Positions 45,171 through 56,546 of a stretch of DNA of 64,000 bases are shown one piece after another; within the stretch, counting starts at the first letter, position 1; the number at the start of each line of letters is the position of its first letter. The position numbers and the translations under genes were made by a program. The notes below the pieces were generated by a model that saw only the letters and a list, made by a program, of their open reading frames with translations, searched no databases and had not been told where the DNA came from. Source of the stretch: Candidatus Omnitrophota bacterium. GTDB taxonomy: Bacteria; Omnitrophota; Gorgyraeia; Zapsychrales; Fredricksoniimonadaceae. The stretch is taken from contig JAGWOI010000008.1 of NCBI GenBank assembly GCA_028870995.1, positions 3,468 to 67,467 of the forward strand, written 5' to 3'.

Positions 45171-45680
45171 ATGACAGCAAAAATGAAAATGGCAGGATTG
45201 GCCGTGGCGTTGATGGGGTTATTGTCTTTTTCTGCGGCTTACGCGGACAACGGACCGATGGGCGGCGGGAATATGCACAAAGGCTGGCACCATGAAGATA
45301 AAGGGAAGAGGTTGGGCGAGGTCCTTAATCTGACAGAATCTCAGGATAAACAACTGCAGGCGCTTCATGAACAGCAAAGGACCCAAATGAAGGCGGTCTT
45401 CGAACAGATGAAGGCCAACCGGCAGGATTTTGAGGCGGAAATCGCTAAAGAAAAACCGGACATGAATAAAATCAATGACCTTCAAACCAAGCTGAAGAGC
45501 ATCCAGGCCCAAATGGTGGACGATCATTTAAACGGGATCCTGGCCGTCAAAAAGATTCTGACGCCGCAGCAGTTTGCCGGATACATGGCCTTGAAGAAGG
45601 AGAGGCAGATGAAGATGATGCACCGCATGCATGAGCGCTTCGAGCATGGAGTGAATAAGGGAGGGGAATATGAGAAATAA
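45171..45680 (+). CDS. Periplasmic LTXXQ-motif protein (Spy/CpxP/ZraP family)
   Basis: A signal peptide is present. 'LTESQDKQLQALHEQQ' and 'LTPQQFAGY' are LTXXQ motifs. The RBS AGGAGG lies upstream of the ATG at 45171. Confidence 0.65.
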   Translation: MTAKMKMAGLAVALMGLLSFSAAYADNGPMGGGNMHKGWHHEDKGKRLGEVLNLTESQDKQLQALHEQQRTQMKAVFEQMKANRQDFEAEIAKEKPDMNKINDLQTKLKSIQAQMVDDHLNGILAVKKILTPQQFAGYMALKKERQMKMMHRMHERFEHGVNKGGEYEK

Positions 45681-46005
45681 AATATTCATGGGAATTTTGA
45701 TGTTGGTATTATTAGCTGTTCCTCAATTATCGTATGCCGATTGGGGAGTAGGGGGCCGCGTGGGCGACCGCGACGGCCATCACGACCGCGACGACCACCG
45801 TTTTTACGGCTGGTATAACCATCCGCAATGGGGCTGGCGTGCGCAGTATGTTCCTGCCGGTTTTGTCCCTGTCCGGGTGGGCTGGCAGCAGTATTATTAC
45901 TATAATGGATGGTATTACACCTATATCAACGGCAATTACGTTCCGGTCAACCCGCCGGTGGCGCCGGTGGTCTATCAACCGGGAGTTCAGGTAATTTATA
46001 GATAA
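45670..46005 (+). CDS. Secreted His/Asp/Tyr-rich hypothetical protein (family A, short form)
   Basis: The signal peptide ends 'LSYADW'. 'DRDGHHDRDDHRFYGWYNHPQWGW' and 'NGWYYTYINGNYVPVNPPVAP' follow. It is paralogous to 38128..38760. Confidence 0.55.
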   Translation: MRNKIFMGILMLVLLAVPQLSYADWGVGGRVGDRDGHHDRDDHRFYGWYNHPQWGWRAQYVPAGFVPVRVGWQQYYYYNGWYYTYINGNYVPVNPPVAPVVYQPGVQVIYR

Positions 46006-46050
46006 AAAGTTCTGAATTTAATCTAAATAGAAGAGAAAGAAGAATATAAT

Positions 46051-46452
46051 ATGGGCATGAAATGGCTTTTAACCTTCGCCGCCCTATGCGGAATGCTGCT
46101 GCCTGCCTTCGCGCAAGATATCTCTGCAAATGCGCCGGGCGGTCTTCCTAACATACAGGACTCCTTAAGCCTGACCGAAGACCAGGTGGATGCCGTCATG
46201 CCCATCGTTGAGAAATATGCTTCCCAGCGCCAGGAATTACGGGAAAGCCTGAAAAATGGGATTTTAAGCACGGCCCATGCCCGCCCTCAAATGAAACAAA
46301 TAAAGCAACAGGAGCGCCGGGAGTTGGCCAAATATTTAAGTGCCGCTCAATTGAGCCGGTGGGATGCCTTGTATAAAGCCAGGCATAAGGATCGTCTTGC
46401 GGACGGCGGCCGGGAAGAAAGCAACGGTAATGGGACAAGCAGCGCACATTAA
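46051..46452 (+). CDS. Periplasmic LTXXQ-like protein
   Basis: A signal peptide is present. '[18 protein letters not shown]' and 'LSAAQLSRW' are the motif matches. Confidence 0.5.
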   Translation: MGMKWLLTFAALCGMLLPAFAQDISANAPGGLPNIQDSLSLTEDQVDAVMPIVEKYASQRQELRESLKNGILSTAHARPQMKQIKQQERRELAKYLSAAQLSRWDALYKARHKDRLADGGREESNGNGTSSAH

Positions 46453-47632
46453 AAAAGGGCCGCCGGGATGGGTATGGGGCATCCTTGTTATTCTTCTGGC
46501 TGTCTGGGGTGTTCATCATTGGTATAGTAAGCCGGCAGCAGGCCCTCAAGGAATGCAGGCCGCAGGGAAGCAGGGCGGCCGGATATCCTTCGAGTCGCCC
46601 ATCGTCACGGCCACGGCCCATACCGGCAGCATTGAAATTTATCTCAACGGCCTTGGCTCGGTCACGCCCCTGAACACCGTTACCGTCCGGTATCTTGTCG
46701 GCGGGCAGTTGGTGAAGGTTTTTTTCAAGGAGGGCCAGATCGTCAAGGAAGGGGATTTGCTGGCCCAGATCGATCCACGGCCTTTTGAAATCCAACTGAC
46801 CCAAGCCCAAGGCCAGCTGCTGCATGACAAGGCCCTGCTGGAAGATGCGCAATTAAACCTGGAGCGCTATAAGATCCTCTCCGGTCAGGATGCCATCCCC
46901 AAACAACAATTGGATACCCAGGCCGCCCTGGTCCGGCAATACGAGGGCTCGGTGAAGGTGGATCAGGCCCAGGTCAGCAATGCCCAACTGCAGTTGACCT
47001 ACGCGCGCGTCACGTCTCCGATCAGCGGCCGCATCGGCTTGCGCCTGGAAGATGCGGGAACAATCGTCTCTCCCAGCGACACCACCGGCCTGGCGGTGAT
47101 CACCAAGCTGCAGCCTATTACAGTGGTTTTTTCCATTCCTGAGGACAATCTCCCCCAGGTCCTGAAGCCCTACCAGTCCGGCCAAAAACTCACGGCCTTG
47201 GCCTTTAACCGCGAAGATACGAAGCAAATAGCAACGGGCACCTTGGAGGCTGTGGACAGTCAGATCGACCCGGCCACCGGCATGGTCAAGTTGAAAGCGG
47301 TATTTGACAACAAGGACGATGCGCTATTTCCCAACCAGTTCGTCAATATTCATTTGCTTGTCCAGGTCGAGAAGAATGCGGTCATCATACCCGTGGCTGC
47401 CGTCCAGCAGGGGCCGCAAGGCGATTTTGTTTTTGTGGTCAAGCCGGACCATACGGTGACGGTGCGCGATGTCAAATTGGGTACGACCCAAAAGGACAGC
47501 GTGGCCGTCAAGCAAGGCTTGGCGGCGGGTGAGGTGGTTGTGGTGGAAGGGGCGGATAAACTCAAAGAAGGCAGCAAGGTCATTCTCTCCATGGGGCAGA
47601 GGCGGCAAAAGGTTTCCGGAGAGGCCCCATGA
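46430..47632 (+). CDS. RND efflux adaptor subunit (MdtA-like)
   Basis: A TM anchor is followed by '[37 protein letters not shown]'. The start at 46430 is the first in-frame ATG that gives a modest 23-nt overlap with the upstream gene; the 46364 start would overlap it by 89 nt. Confidence 0.8.
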   Translation: MGQAAHIKKGPPGWVWGILVILLAVWGVHHWYSKPAAGPQGMQAAGKQGGRISFESPIVTATAHTGSIEIYLNGLGSVTPLNTVTVRYLVGGQLVKVFFKEGQIVKEGDLLAQIDPRPFEIQLTQAQGQLLHDKALLEDAQLNLERYKILSGQDAIPKQQLDTQAALVRQYEGSVKVDQAQVSNAQLQLTYARVTSPISGRIGLRLEDAGTIVSPSDTTGLAVITKLQPITVVFSIPEDNLPQVLKPYQSGQKLTALAFNREDTKQIATGTLEAVDSQIDPATGMVKLKAVFDNKDDALFPNQFVNIHLLVQVEKNAVIIPVAAVQQGPQGDFVFVVKPDHTVTVRDVKLGTTQKDSVAVKQGLAAGEVVVVEGADKLKEGSKVILSMGQRRQKVSGEAP

Positions 47633-50600
47633 ACCCCTCCCGCATATTCGTTATGCGGCCGGTGGCCACCGTCTTGTTGATGGCGGCCATCCTGCTGGCC
47701 GGTGCCGTGGCTTTTCTGCAATTACCCATTTCCGCCTTACCCCAGGTCGACTATCCTGTTATTCAGGTTGTGACTTTTTATCCGGGCGCAAGTCCTGATG
47801 TGATGTCAACGGCCATCACCGCCCCTCTGGAGCGCCAGTTCGGTCAAATGCCCGGCCTGAAACAGATGCGCTCCACCTCGTCGGGCGGAAGCTCAGTCAT
47901 CACGCTCCAATTTGATCTGGATTTAAATATCGATATCGCGGAGCAGGAAGTGCAGGCCGCCATCAACGCGGCCGCCAGTTTATTGCCGGCAGACCTGCCC
48001 AATCCGCCGGTCTACAGCAAGGTCAACCCTGCCGATGCGCCGGTCCTCACGCTGGCGTTGACCTCGAAGATCCTGCCGCTTTCCCAGGTTGAAGACCTGG
48101 CCGACACACGGCTGGCCCAAAAGATTTCCCAAGTCTCAGGGGTAGGACTTGTTGCCATCAGCGGCGGCCAGCGTCCGGCGGTGAGGATCCAGGCTAATCC
48201 CACCGCCCTGGCCGCTTACGGCATGACCGTCGAAGATTTGCGTACGGCCATAGGACAGGCCAACGTCAACCAGGCCAAAGGCTCTTTCGACGGGGCCAGG
48301 CAATCGTCCATCATCAATGCCAATGACCAAATCCAGTCCAGCCGGGAGTATAAGAAATTGGTGGTCGCTTACCAGCACGGCAATCCGGTTTTTCTTTCCG
48401 ACGTGGCCCGTGTCATCGACGACGTGGAGAATGTCAAACAGGCGGCATGGTTCAATACCTCGCCCGCAGTCATCATCAACATTCAACGCCAGCCGGGGCA
48501 TAACGTCATTGCCGTGGTGGACAGGATCAAGAAGATGCTCCCTGTCTTGGAAGCCGCCCTGCCGGCCTCGGTCCAGGTGTCCGTCTTGACGGACCGCACC
48601 ACCACGATCCGCGCTTCCGTGGCAGACGTCCAGTTTGAATTGATGCTGGCCGTGGCTCTGGTCGTGATGGTCATCTTCCTTTTCCTGCGCACCCTTTCCG
48701 GCACGATCATCCCCAGCATTGCGGTCCCCGTTTCGCTCGTCGGTACTTTCGGCCTCATGTACCTGTTCGGCTTTAGTCTTAACAACCTTTCGCTTATGGC
48801 CCTGACCATCGCCACGGGATTTGTCGTCGATGATGCAATTGTGATGATCGAAAACATTTCGCGTTATATCGAAGAGGGCGAAAAGCCCCTGGAGGCGGCG
48901 CTTAAAGGTTCCAAACAGGTGGCGTTTACCATCATGTCGCTTAGCATTTCCCTGATCGCCGTTCTTATTCCGTTGTTGTTTATGGGCGATGTGGTCGGCC
49001 GCCTGTTCCGTGAATTCGCCATCACCTTAGGGTGCACCATCGTGATTTCCGCCATCGTGTCGCTCACCCTGACGCCCATGATGTGCGCCCGTCTGCTTAA
49101 ATATATACCCCCGGAAAGGCAGGGGAGGTTCTACCGGGCTTGCGAAGAAATATTCCACCGGACCATCGGGAAATACGGCCAGTCCCTACAATGGGTCTTG
49201 AAGCATCAGCATCTCACCTTGTTGGCGGCCCTGGGGACACTTGTCCTGACGGTGTTGTTATATATTTTTGTTCCCAAAGGGTTTTTCCCCATCCAGGACA
49301 CCGGGATCATTCAGGGTATTTCAGAGGCGCCCCAGACGGTTTCTTTTACCGCCATGGCCAGCCTCCAGGAGAAGCTGGCCGCCGTGATCCTCAAAGACCC
49401 GGCGGTGGCAAGCCTTTCCAGCTTTATCGGCGTTGACGGCACCAATACCACCCTCAACAGCGGCCGGATGGCCATCAACCTCAAGCCTCTGGAAGAGCGT
49501 AAAATTTCCGCCGCCGATTGCATACGCCGCTTACAGAAAGAACTGGCCCAAGTCAAAGGGATCACCCTGTTCATGCAGCCGGTGCAGGACCTGACCGTTG
49601 ATGACACCGTCAGCCGCACGCAATATCAATACACCCTGGAAGACCCCAACGGCGATGAACTCAACACCTGGGCGCCCAAGGTGGAGGATGCCTTGAGGAC
49701 CCTGCCGCAATTGCGCGATGTCAGCAGTGATGAACAGGCCCAGGGTCTTCAAGTCTCCCTGACGATTGACCGCAGCACGGCGTCAAGGCTGGGAGTGACG
49801 CCTTCAGTTATCGACAACACTCTTTACAGTGCTTACGGCCAGCGGATCGTCTCGACCATATTCACCCAGCTTAACCAATACCGGGTCATCCTGGAGGTGG
49901 CACCGCCGTTTAAAAAAGACCCGGCTAAGCTCAATGACCTTTATGTCCGCGGGACCAACAGCGCCCAGGTGCCGTTATTGGCCATGACCAAGGTCAAGCA
50001 GACCAAGACCCCCCTGATCATAAGCCGCCTGGGCCAGTTTCCAGCGGTGACATTATCGTTCAATCTGGCGCCGGGTGTCGCGTTGGGAGAGGCGGTCAGG
50101 GCGATCCAATCGACGACCAAGAGCATGGGGTTGCCGGGCAGCATCACCGGGCAGTTTGAGGGCACGGCTGCGGCTTTTCAATCGTCCCTGGGCAACGAGC
50201 TGTTCTTGATCCTGGCGGCGATGATAACGGTGTATATTGTGCTGGGCGTTTTGTATGAAAGTTATGTCCATCCGTTGACGATCCTTTCCACCTTGCCATC
50301 GGCAGGGGTGGGGGCCATTTTGTCCCTGTTGATTTTTCATAACGATTTCAGCGTGATTGCCCTTATCGGCATTATCCTTTTGATCGGCATCGTCGAGAAA
50401 AACGGCATCATGATGGTGGACTTTGCCCTGGATGCCCAGCGGCAGGAAGGCAAGAAACCTGAAGAAGCCATCTACCAGGCCTGCCTGTTAAGGTTTAGGC
50501 CTATTATGATGACCACGATGTCTGCGATCCTTGGTGCCGTACCTTTGGCCTTCGGCGGCGGGATGGGCTCGGAGCTGCGGCAGCCGCTGGGGATCACCAT

Positions 50601-50706
50601 CATCGGCGGGCTTATTATCAGTCAAATGCTGACGCTGTTTACGACACCGGTCATATATCTGTGGTTCGACAGGTTAGCCAAGCGATTTGGGGCAGAAAAA
50701 TCATGA
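47629..50706 (+). CDS. RND permease (MdtB-like)
   Basis: It is 1025 aa with a 12-TM RND architecture. The ATG overlaps the adaptor stop (ATGA). Confidence 0.9.
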   Translation: MNPSRIFVMRPVATVLLMAAILLAGAVAFLQLPISALPQVDYPVIQVVTFYPGASPDVMSTAITAPLERQFGQMPGLKQMRSTSSGGSSVITLQFDLDLNIDIAEQEVQAAINAAASLLPADLPNPPVYSKVNPADAPVLTLALTSKILPLSQVEDLADTRLAQKISQVSGVGLVAISGGQRPAVRIQANPTALAAYGMTVEDLRTAIGQANVNQAKGSFDGARQSSIINANDQIQSSREYKKLVVAYQHGNPVFLSDVARVIDDVENVKQAAWFNTSPAVIINIQRQPGHNVIAVVDRIKKMLPVLEAALPASVQVSVLTDRTTTIRASVADVQFELMLAVALVVMVIFLFLRTLSGTIIPSIAVPVSLVGTFGLMYLFGFSLNNLSLMALTIATGFVVDDAIVMIENISRYIEEGEKPLEAALKGSKQVAFTIMSLSISLIAVLIPLLFMGDVVGRLFREFAITLGCTIVISAIVSLTLTPMMCARLLKYIPPERQGRFYRACEEIFHRTIGKYGQSLQWVLKHQHLTLLAALGTLVLTVLLYIFVPKGFFPIQDTGIIQGISEAPQTVSFTAMASLQEKLAAVILKDPAVASLSSFIGVDGTNTTLNSGRMAINLKPLEERKISAADCIRRLQKELAQVKGITLFMQPVQDLTVDDTVSRTQYQYTLEDPNGDELNTWAPKVEDALRTLPQLRDVSSDEQAQGLQVSLTIDRSTASRLGVTPSVIDNTLYSAYGQRIVSTIFTQLNQYRVILEVAPPFKKDPAKLNDLYVRGTNSAQVPLLAMTKVKQTKTPLIISRLGQFPAVTLSFNLAPGVALGEAVRAIQSTTKSMGLPGSITGQFEGTAAAFQSSLGNELFLILAAMITVYIVLGVLYESYVHPLTILSTLPSAGVGAILSLLIFHNDFSVIALIGIILLIGIVEKNGIMMVDFALDAQRQEGKKPEEAIYQACLLRFRPIMMTTMSAILGAVPLAFGGGMGSELRQPLGITIIGGLIISQMLTLFTTPVIYLWFDRLAKRFGAEKS

Positions 50707-53700
50707 ACATCTCAGGGATTTTTATCAAACGTCCGGTCGCCACTTCGCTTTTGACGGCAGGTCTTGTCCTGGCCGGGCTTTTGGCGGCATTTTATTTGCC
50801 GGTCTCGACCTTGCCGCAAATTGATCTGGCCACCATCAGTGTCGGCGCAGCCTTGCCCGGGGCCAGTCCCGAAACCATGGCATCGACGGTGGCAACTCCT
50901 TTGGAACGCCAGCTGGCGCATATTGCCGGCGTCAGCGAGATGACTTCGAGCAGCGTTTTGGGGGAGACCCATATCACCGTGCAATTCGATCTGAGCCGTG
51001 ACATTAACGGGGCGGCCCGTGATGTGCAGGCGGCCATCAATGCCGCCCAGGCGTATCTGCCGGCGGATCTGCCGATACATCCCACCTGGCGCAAGTACAA
51101 CCCGGCGGAAGCACCTATCATGATCCTGGCCTTGCATTCAGACACGATGACGAAAGCCCAAGTCTATGATGCGGCTGATACTATTGTGGCGCAAAAACTG
51201 GCCCAGGTCGCCGGGGTCGGCCAGGTGACTATCGGCGGAGGTACTTCCCGCGCCCGCGCGGTACGGGTGGAACTGAATCCAAAGGCCTTGAACAAATACG
51301 GGATTTCTTTAGATAAGGTGCGTGCCGCCATTCAAAGCACCAATGCCGACCGCCCCAAGGGGGAGTTTTCCAACGACAGGCGGTCTTGGGAAATTTCCAC
51401 GAATGATCAGCTGTATGTGGCCCGTGATTATAAGCCTCTCATTGTCGCGCATAGTGCCCAGGGCGTTGTGGTGCATTTATCGGATGTGGGCCAGGTGGTG
51501 GATTCACAGACCGATATCCGCGATCTGGCGCTGGTCAATGGCAAGCCTGCCACCCCGATCATTGTGTTCCGCCAGCCGGGGGCCAATATCATCAAGACCG
51601 TGGACGCGGTGAAGGCCGCTCTTCCGCAGATAAAGGAGGCCATACCCGCCGCCATCGATCTTTCCACTGTCCTGGACCGTTCCCCCTCGATCAGGGCCTC
51701 CATTGCCGAGGCCCAACGCACGGTGGTGATTGCGGGCATGCTGGTCATTCTCGTTGTTTTTGCCTTTTTGCGCAACTGGCGTTCCACCATCATCCCTGCG
51801 ATCGTTGTGCCTGTTGCATTAGTCGGCACCTTTGGGGTGATGTACCTGCTGCATTTCACCCTCGACAATCTTTCGCTCATGGCCTTGACCGTGGCCACAG
51901 GTTTTGTCGTGGATGATGCGATCGTGGTGGTTGAAAACGTCACGCGTTATATTGAAGCAGGAATGGCCCCGCGCGAGGCGGCGTTAAAAGGCGCGGGGGA
52001 AATAGGTTTTACCATTCTCTCCATCAGCCTTTCCCTGATGGCGGTGTTTTTGCCCATTATGCTGATGGGCGGGGTGATAGGGCGTTATTTGAGGGAATTT
52101 GCCCTCACCATGTCGGTGGCTATTTTGATTTCCATGATCGTTTCCCTGACCACGACGCCCATGATGTGCACCATGCTTTTAAGAAAACACGGCCCTCAAG
52201 AGAAGCATGGGCGTATCTTCAATGTCATGGAAGGCGCCTTTAATGGGTTGCACCGTTTTTATGAAAGGACCTTATTATGGGCCCTCGACCATCAAGGGAT
52301 GATGTTGAGTGTGACCATTGGGGCATTGGTCTTGAGCATTTATTTATTTACCGTTGTGCCGCTGGGCTTGTTCCCTCAGCAGGATACCGGGCGCCTGATG
52401 GCTAATGTCATGGCCTCGCAGGATCTGTCTTTTCAGGCCCTGGAGAAAAAATTAAACCGCGTCGTCAAGATCATCATGAGTGATCCCGCGATTGACAGCG
52501 TGACCGCTTTTACCGAAGGTTCGAATTCCGCGCATATGTTTATCGCGCTTAAAAGTCCAAAAGTGCGTAAGATTTCAACAGACCGGGTGATTGCCAGGCT
52601 GCGACGCAAGCTGCTTTCAGTGCCAGGGGCGCTGACGATCCTGCAGAATGTGCAGGATCTGAACCTGCCGGGCGCGCGCATGGCTTCTGCCCAATACCAA
52701 TACACCATCCAGGGCAGTGATGTGGAGCAATTAAATGCCTGGACGCCTAAGATTGAAGCTGCTTTAAAGAAGCTGCCCCAATTGGCGGATGTTAACAGCG
52801 ACAAGCAAAGCAGGGGGCTGCAGACGAATTTGATCATTGACCATACCACCGCATCCCGTCTGGGGGTGACCACCCAGGCCATTGACAACACCGTGTACGA
52901 TGCTTTTGGACAGCGGCAGGTATCGACGACATACCAACAATTAAATCAATATCATGTGGTGATGGAAGTGGCACCCGAATATTGGCAGCGGCCGGAGGGC
53001 CTTAAGGACATTTATGTCGCTAATAACATGGGTGTCCTGGTCCCTTTAAGCGCCTTTGCCCATTACGAGCGGGGAACAACGGCCCTGGCGGTTGCCCATC
53101 AAGGCCAGTTCCCGGCCATCACCTTTTCCTTTAATTTGCCTCTGGGAGTTTCGCTGGGGACCGCGGTCAGCGCCGTGAATGCCGCCATGAGCCGGATCAT
53201 GCTGCCATCGACCATCACGGGGAGTTTTCAAGGCTCGGCAAAAATATTTCAGTCGTCGATGCATTCCGAGCCGGTATTGATTTTTACCGCCCTTCTGGCT
53301 GTTTATATTGTATTGGGGATCCTTTATGAAAGTTATATCCATCCGGTCACCATTCTTTCAACCCTGCCTTCGGCCGGTGTCGGGGCGCTGGTGGCGCTTT
53401 TAATCACGCATACGGAATTAAGCATTATTGCCATGATCGGCCTTATTCTGTTGATCGGCTTGGTCAAGAAGAACGGGATTCTGATGGTGGACTTTGCCCT
53501 TGATGCTGAAAGGCTGGAAGGCAAGAATTCACATGATTCCATTTATGAAGCCTGTTTGCTGCGTTTCCGCCCCATCATGATGACGACGATGTCGGCCATC
53601 CTGGGGGCGCTGCCGCTGGCCTTGGGGCAGGGCATGGGCTCGGAGCTGCGGCGGCCGCTAGGGATTGCCATTATCGGCGGGCTTATCTTCAGCCAAATGC

Positions 53701-53798
53701 TCACCCTATACACAACTCCGGTGATTTATCTCTATATGGAGCGATTTAAAATTTGGAGTAAAGGATTAAGAAAAAATTATAGACTATCGACGGGTTGA
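50703..53798 (+). CDS. RND permease (MdtC-like), second permease of a heteromeric pump
   Basis: It is 1031 aa from the ATG at 50703, which forms an ATGA overlap with the previous gene. It is paralogous to the previous gene. Confidence 0.9.
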   Translation: MNISGIFIKRPVATSLLTAGLVLAGLLAAFYLPVSTLPQIDLATISVGAALPGASPETMASTVATPLERQLAHIAGVSEMTSSSVLGETHITVQFDLSRDINGAARDVQAAINAAQAYLPADLPIHPTWRKYNPAEAPIMILALHSDTMTKAQVYDAADTIVAQKLAQVAGVGQVTIGGGTSRARAVRVELNPKALNKYGISLDKVRAAIQSTNADRPKGEFSNDRRSWEISTNDQLYVARDYKPLIVAHSAQGVVVHLSDVGQVVDSQTDIRDLALVNGKPATPIIVFRQPGANIIKTVDAVKAALPQIKEAIPAAIDLSTVLDRSPSIRASIAEAQRTVVIAGMLVILVVFAFLRNWRSTIIPAIVVPVALVGTFGVMYLLHFTLDNLSLMALTVATGFVVDDAIVVVENVTRYIEAGMAPREAALKGAGEIGFTILSISLSLMAVFLPIMLMGGVIGRYLREFALTMSVAILISMIVSLTTTPMMCTMLLRKHGPQEKHGRIFNVMEGAFNGLHRFYERTLLWALDHQGMMLSVTIGALVLSIYLFTVVPLGLFPQQDTGRLMANVMASQDLSFQALEKKLNRVVKIIMSDPAIDSVTAFTEGSNSAHMFIALKSPKVRKISTDRVIARLRRKLLSVPGALTILQNVQDLNLPGARMASAQYQYTIQGSDVEQLNAWTPKIEAALKKLPQLADVNSDKQSRGLQTNLIIDHTTASRLGVTTQAIDNTVYDAFGQRQVSTTYQQLNQYHVVMEVAPEYWQRPEGLKDIYVANNMGVLVPLSAFAHYERGTTALAVAHQGQFPAITFSFNLPLGVSLGTAVSAVNAAMSRIMLPSTITGSFQGSAKIFQSSMHSEPVLIFTALLAVYIVLGILYESYIHPVTILSTLPSAGVGALVALLITHTELSIIAMIGLILLIGLVKKNGILMVDFALDAERLEGKNSHDSIYEACLLRFRPIMMTTMSAILGALPLALGQGMGSELRRPLGIAIIGGLIFSQMLTLYTTPVIYLYMERFKIWSKGLRKNYRLSTG

Positions 53799-53800
53799 AT

Positions 53801-55207
53801 ATGAAAACATTCAAGGATCACGTGACGATTAAAACATTTGCTGCCGCCTGCCTCGTTCTCCTGGCCGGCTGCGCGATGGGGCCAAAATATGTTCGTCCGA
53901 CGGTGACGGTGCCTGCCGCCTATAAGGAGAACAAGGATTGGAAGCCGGCCCAGCCCCGCGACAACTATCTTAAGGGCGAATGGTGGAAGGTTTTCAACGA
54001 TCCGCGCCTGGATGCGCTGGAGACCCAGGTCGATATTTCCAATCAGAACATTGCCCTGGCCCAGGCGCAGTACGAACAATCTTATGCCCTGGTGAAAGCT
54101 TCTCAGTCGGCTTTTTTTCCTATATTGACCACAACGGGTTCCTACACGCGGTCCCATGCGGCGTCCGGTTCAAAATCGGCCACTTCGCAGACGCTGCTTA
54201 AGGCTGATGTCAGCTGGGAGGTGGACCTTTGGGGCAGGATCCGCAGGACCATGGAATCCTATAAGGCGCAGGCCCAGGCCTCGGCCGCCGACCTTCAAAA
54301 TGCCCGGTTAAGCGCGCAGGCCCAACTGGCCTTTGATTATTTCGGGCTGGCCTCACTCGACGCGCAAAAAAGGCTTCTGGATGATACGGTCGTGCTTTAT
54401 AAGAAATTTTTGGTCCTGACCGAGAACCGCCATGCCGGAGGTGTCGCGGCATTGGCGGATGTCATCCAGGCGCGGACCCAGTTGGAGGGTGCCCAGGCCC
54501 AGCAGATCGATATCGGTGTGGCACGTACACAGTTGGAGCATGCGATCGCTTTGCTGGTCGGCAAACCTGCCCCTGATTTTTCTCTGCCTGCGTTGGTGCT
54601 GCCGGCAGAGGTGCCCTCTGTCCCTGCTGGTCTTCCTTCACAACTGCTGGAACGGCGGCCGGACATAGCGTCAGCGGAAAGGACGGTCGCCTCGGCCAAT
54701 GCCGCCATCGGGGTGGCGGAAGCGGCGTATTTCCCGACGCTGACCTTGAGCGCCTCGGGCAGTTATGAAAGTTCCAATCTGGCCAACTTGTTTGCCTCGC
54801 CCAACCCCTTATGGTCGCTGGGTCCCGCGCTTGCCGAGACCATCTTCGACGCGGGGCTGCGGAGGGCCCAGACGGCGCAGGCCAAGGCTGTTTATAACCA
54901 GCAGGTTGCTTCATACCGCCAGACGGTGTTGACCGCCTTTGAGCAGGTGGAAGACAATCTGTCCGCTTTGCGGATCTTCGCCGAGGAGCAGGCCATCCAG
55001 GACCAGGCTTTGAAGGATGCTCAAAAAGCCGTCGCCCTGGAGACTGACCGTTATAAGGCAGGGACCGTCAGCGCACTGGACGTCATTACCACCCAGGCCA
55101 CGAGCCTGGCTGATCAGAGGACCGATATTTCTCTCATTGGTCAGCGTTTGCAAGCCTGCGTGCGGCTTATTGAATATTTGGGCGGGGGATGGGGTGAGGA
55201 CAAATGA
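53801..55207 (+). CDS. RND efflux outer membrane factor lipoprotein (NodT family)
   Basis: The lipobox is 'LAGCAM'. It has an OEP-repeat architecture and a C-terminus 'IEYLGGGW'. Confidence 0.85.
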   Translation: MKTFKDHVTIKTFAAACLVLLAGCAMGPKYVRPTVTVPAAYKENKDWKPAQPRDNYLKGEWWKVFNDPRLDALETQVDISNQNIALAQAQYEQSYALVKASQSAFFPILTTTGSYTRSHAASGSKSATSQTLLKADVSWEVDLWGRIRRTMESYKAQAQASAADLQNARLSAQAQLAFDYFGLASLDAQKRLLDDTVVLYKKFLVLTENRHAGGVAALADVIQARTQLEGAQAQQIDIGVARTQLEHAIALLVGKPAPDFSLPALVLPAEVPSVPAGLPSQLLERRPDIASAERTVASANAAIGVAEAAYFPTLTLSASGSYESSNLANLFASPNPLWSLGPALAETIFDAGLRRAQTAQAKAVYNQQVASYRQTVLTAFEQVEDNLSALRIFAEEQAIQDQALKDAQKAVALETDRYKAGTVSALDVITTQATSLADQRTDISLIGQRLQACVRLIEYLGGGWGEDK

Positions 55208-56100
55208 GAGCATTCATTTTGAGGATCGGGATAGCTTTTGCCTGTGTCTCAGGTTTCGCCTGCCGGGACGTGCATGCGATCACCATCGAGGATTTAGACC
55301 GGGCCATTGCCATTAATCCGGATTCCGGCGATGCCTACTATAATCGCGGCCTATTTTGGGAAAGACAAGGTCTTTGGGCCAAGGCCGCCGGTGATTTCGG
55401 CAAAGCCATTAGCCTCAATCCCAAGGATGCCGGCGCCTATAAAGCCAGGGCCGGGGCATATGTTCAATTGGATAATTTGACCCAGGCGTTGGCGGATTAT
55501 GATAAAGCGTTGGTCCTGACGCCCCAGGACGCCGCTGTTTATTATAACCGCGGGTTGGTTTTCGCCCATCTGGGTGATACGGCCCGTTCCATCGCTGATT
55601 TTTCCCAGGCCATTTTAATAGACCCCAAGGACGCGCGAAGCTACCACAACCGGGCCCTGTCCTGGTATAAGGCGGGTGATACAAATAAGGCCATTGCCGA
55701 TTTGACTAAAAGCATTGCCTTGGATCCCGCCAATGCCACGGCGTATTACAACCGCGGCCTGTGTTACGACCGGCAGGCCAAATACATCGACGCTATCAAT
55801 GATTTCAGCAAGGCCGTACGATTAAACCCTGCTTATGCCCAGGCCTATACCAACCGTGGTAAAATTTATGTCCAATTAAATGACTACACCCAGGCCAGGC
55901 TTGATTTCACCAAGGCCATTGAGATTAATCCCAACATCCCGCAGACCTACAATAACCGCGCTATTGTTTATTACCGCCTAAAGGAATATCATAAGGCCTG
56001 GGGCGATTTGCAAAAAGCCTTGGGCCTGGGGTATAAGGTTAATGAGCAATTAATGCGTATTATCAAAGAAGCTGGTAGCAGGCAGCAGGAGGGTAAATGA
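55204..56100 (+). CDS. Tetratricopeptide-repeat lipoprotein/periplasmic protein
   Basis: A signal peptide with Cys is present, followed by about 7 TPR units ('AYYNRGL...', 'AYKARAGAY...', 'VYYNRGLVF...'). Confidence 0.75.
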   Translation: MRAFILRIGIAFACVSGFACRDVHAITIEDLDRAIAINPDSGDAYYNRGLFWERQGLWAKAAGDFGKAISLNPKDAGAYKARAGAYVQLDNLTQALADYDKALVLTPQDAAVYYNRGLVFAHLGDTARSIADFSQAILIDPKDARSYHNRALSWYKAGDTNKAIADLTKSIALDPANATAYYNRGLCYDRQAKYIDAINDFSKAVRLNPAYAQAYTNRGKIYVQLNDYTQARLDFTKAIEINPNIPQTYNNRAIVYYRLKEYHKAWGDLQKALGLGYKVNEQLMRIIKEAGSRQQEGK

Positions 56101-56546
56101 ATATGAAAAATATTTTATGGACGTTAAAAAAGGGGACTGTCCCCGTTTTTGCGGTTTTTATGGTTTTGTTGTCCCTGCCGGTCCTGGCTCAGGAAATGCA
56201 GGAGTCCGACAATCTCATTGCCCAAATGAGGACCACTCTGGATCTGCAGCCTGATCAGGTGGCGGGCATCACGCCGATCATCCAGCGTTATGTGGTGCTG
56301 TTTGCCAATCTGCAAAAAAGCATCCATGAGGGGACCATCAATCCCAGTGCCGTCGACAGTCAGCGCCAGCAGTTGGAGGCGGCGGAAACCCAGGAGCTGT
56401 CCCAGTACTTGCAGCCGTACCAATTAAGCGAATGGAGACAGATGCAGGCGCAGCTGTACCGGCCCTCCGGCGCCAACGCCGGCCGCAGCGGCGACGATCC
56501 AGGCCAATACACGAATTATCCCGTGCAAAATCCCAATTCCGAATGA
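56097..56546 (+). CDS. Secreted hypothetical protein, distant LTXXQ-like
   Basis: A signal peptide is present. 'LDLQPDQVAGITPIIQRY' resembles the '[18 protein letters not shown]' motif of the 46051 gene. Confidence 0.45.
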   Translation: MNMKNILWTLKKGTVPVFAVFMVLLSLPVLAQEMQESDNLIAQMRTTLDLQPDQVAGITPIIQRYVVLFANLQKSIHEGTINPSAVDSQRQQLEAAETQELSQYLQPYQLSEWRQMQAQLYRPSGANAGRSGDDPGQYTNYPVQNPNSE

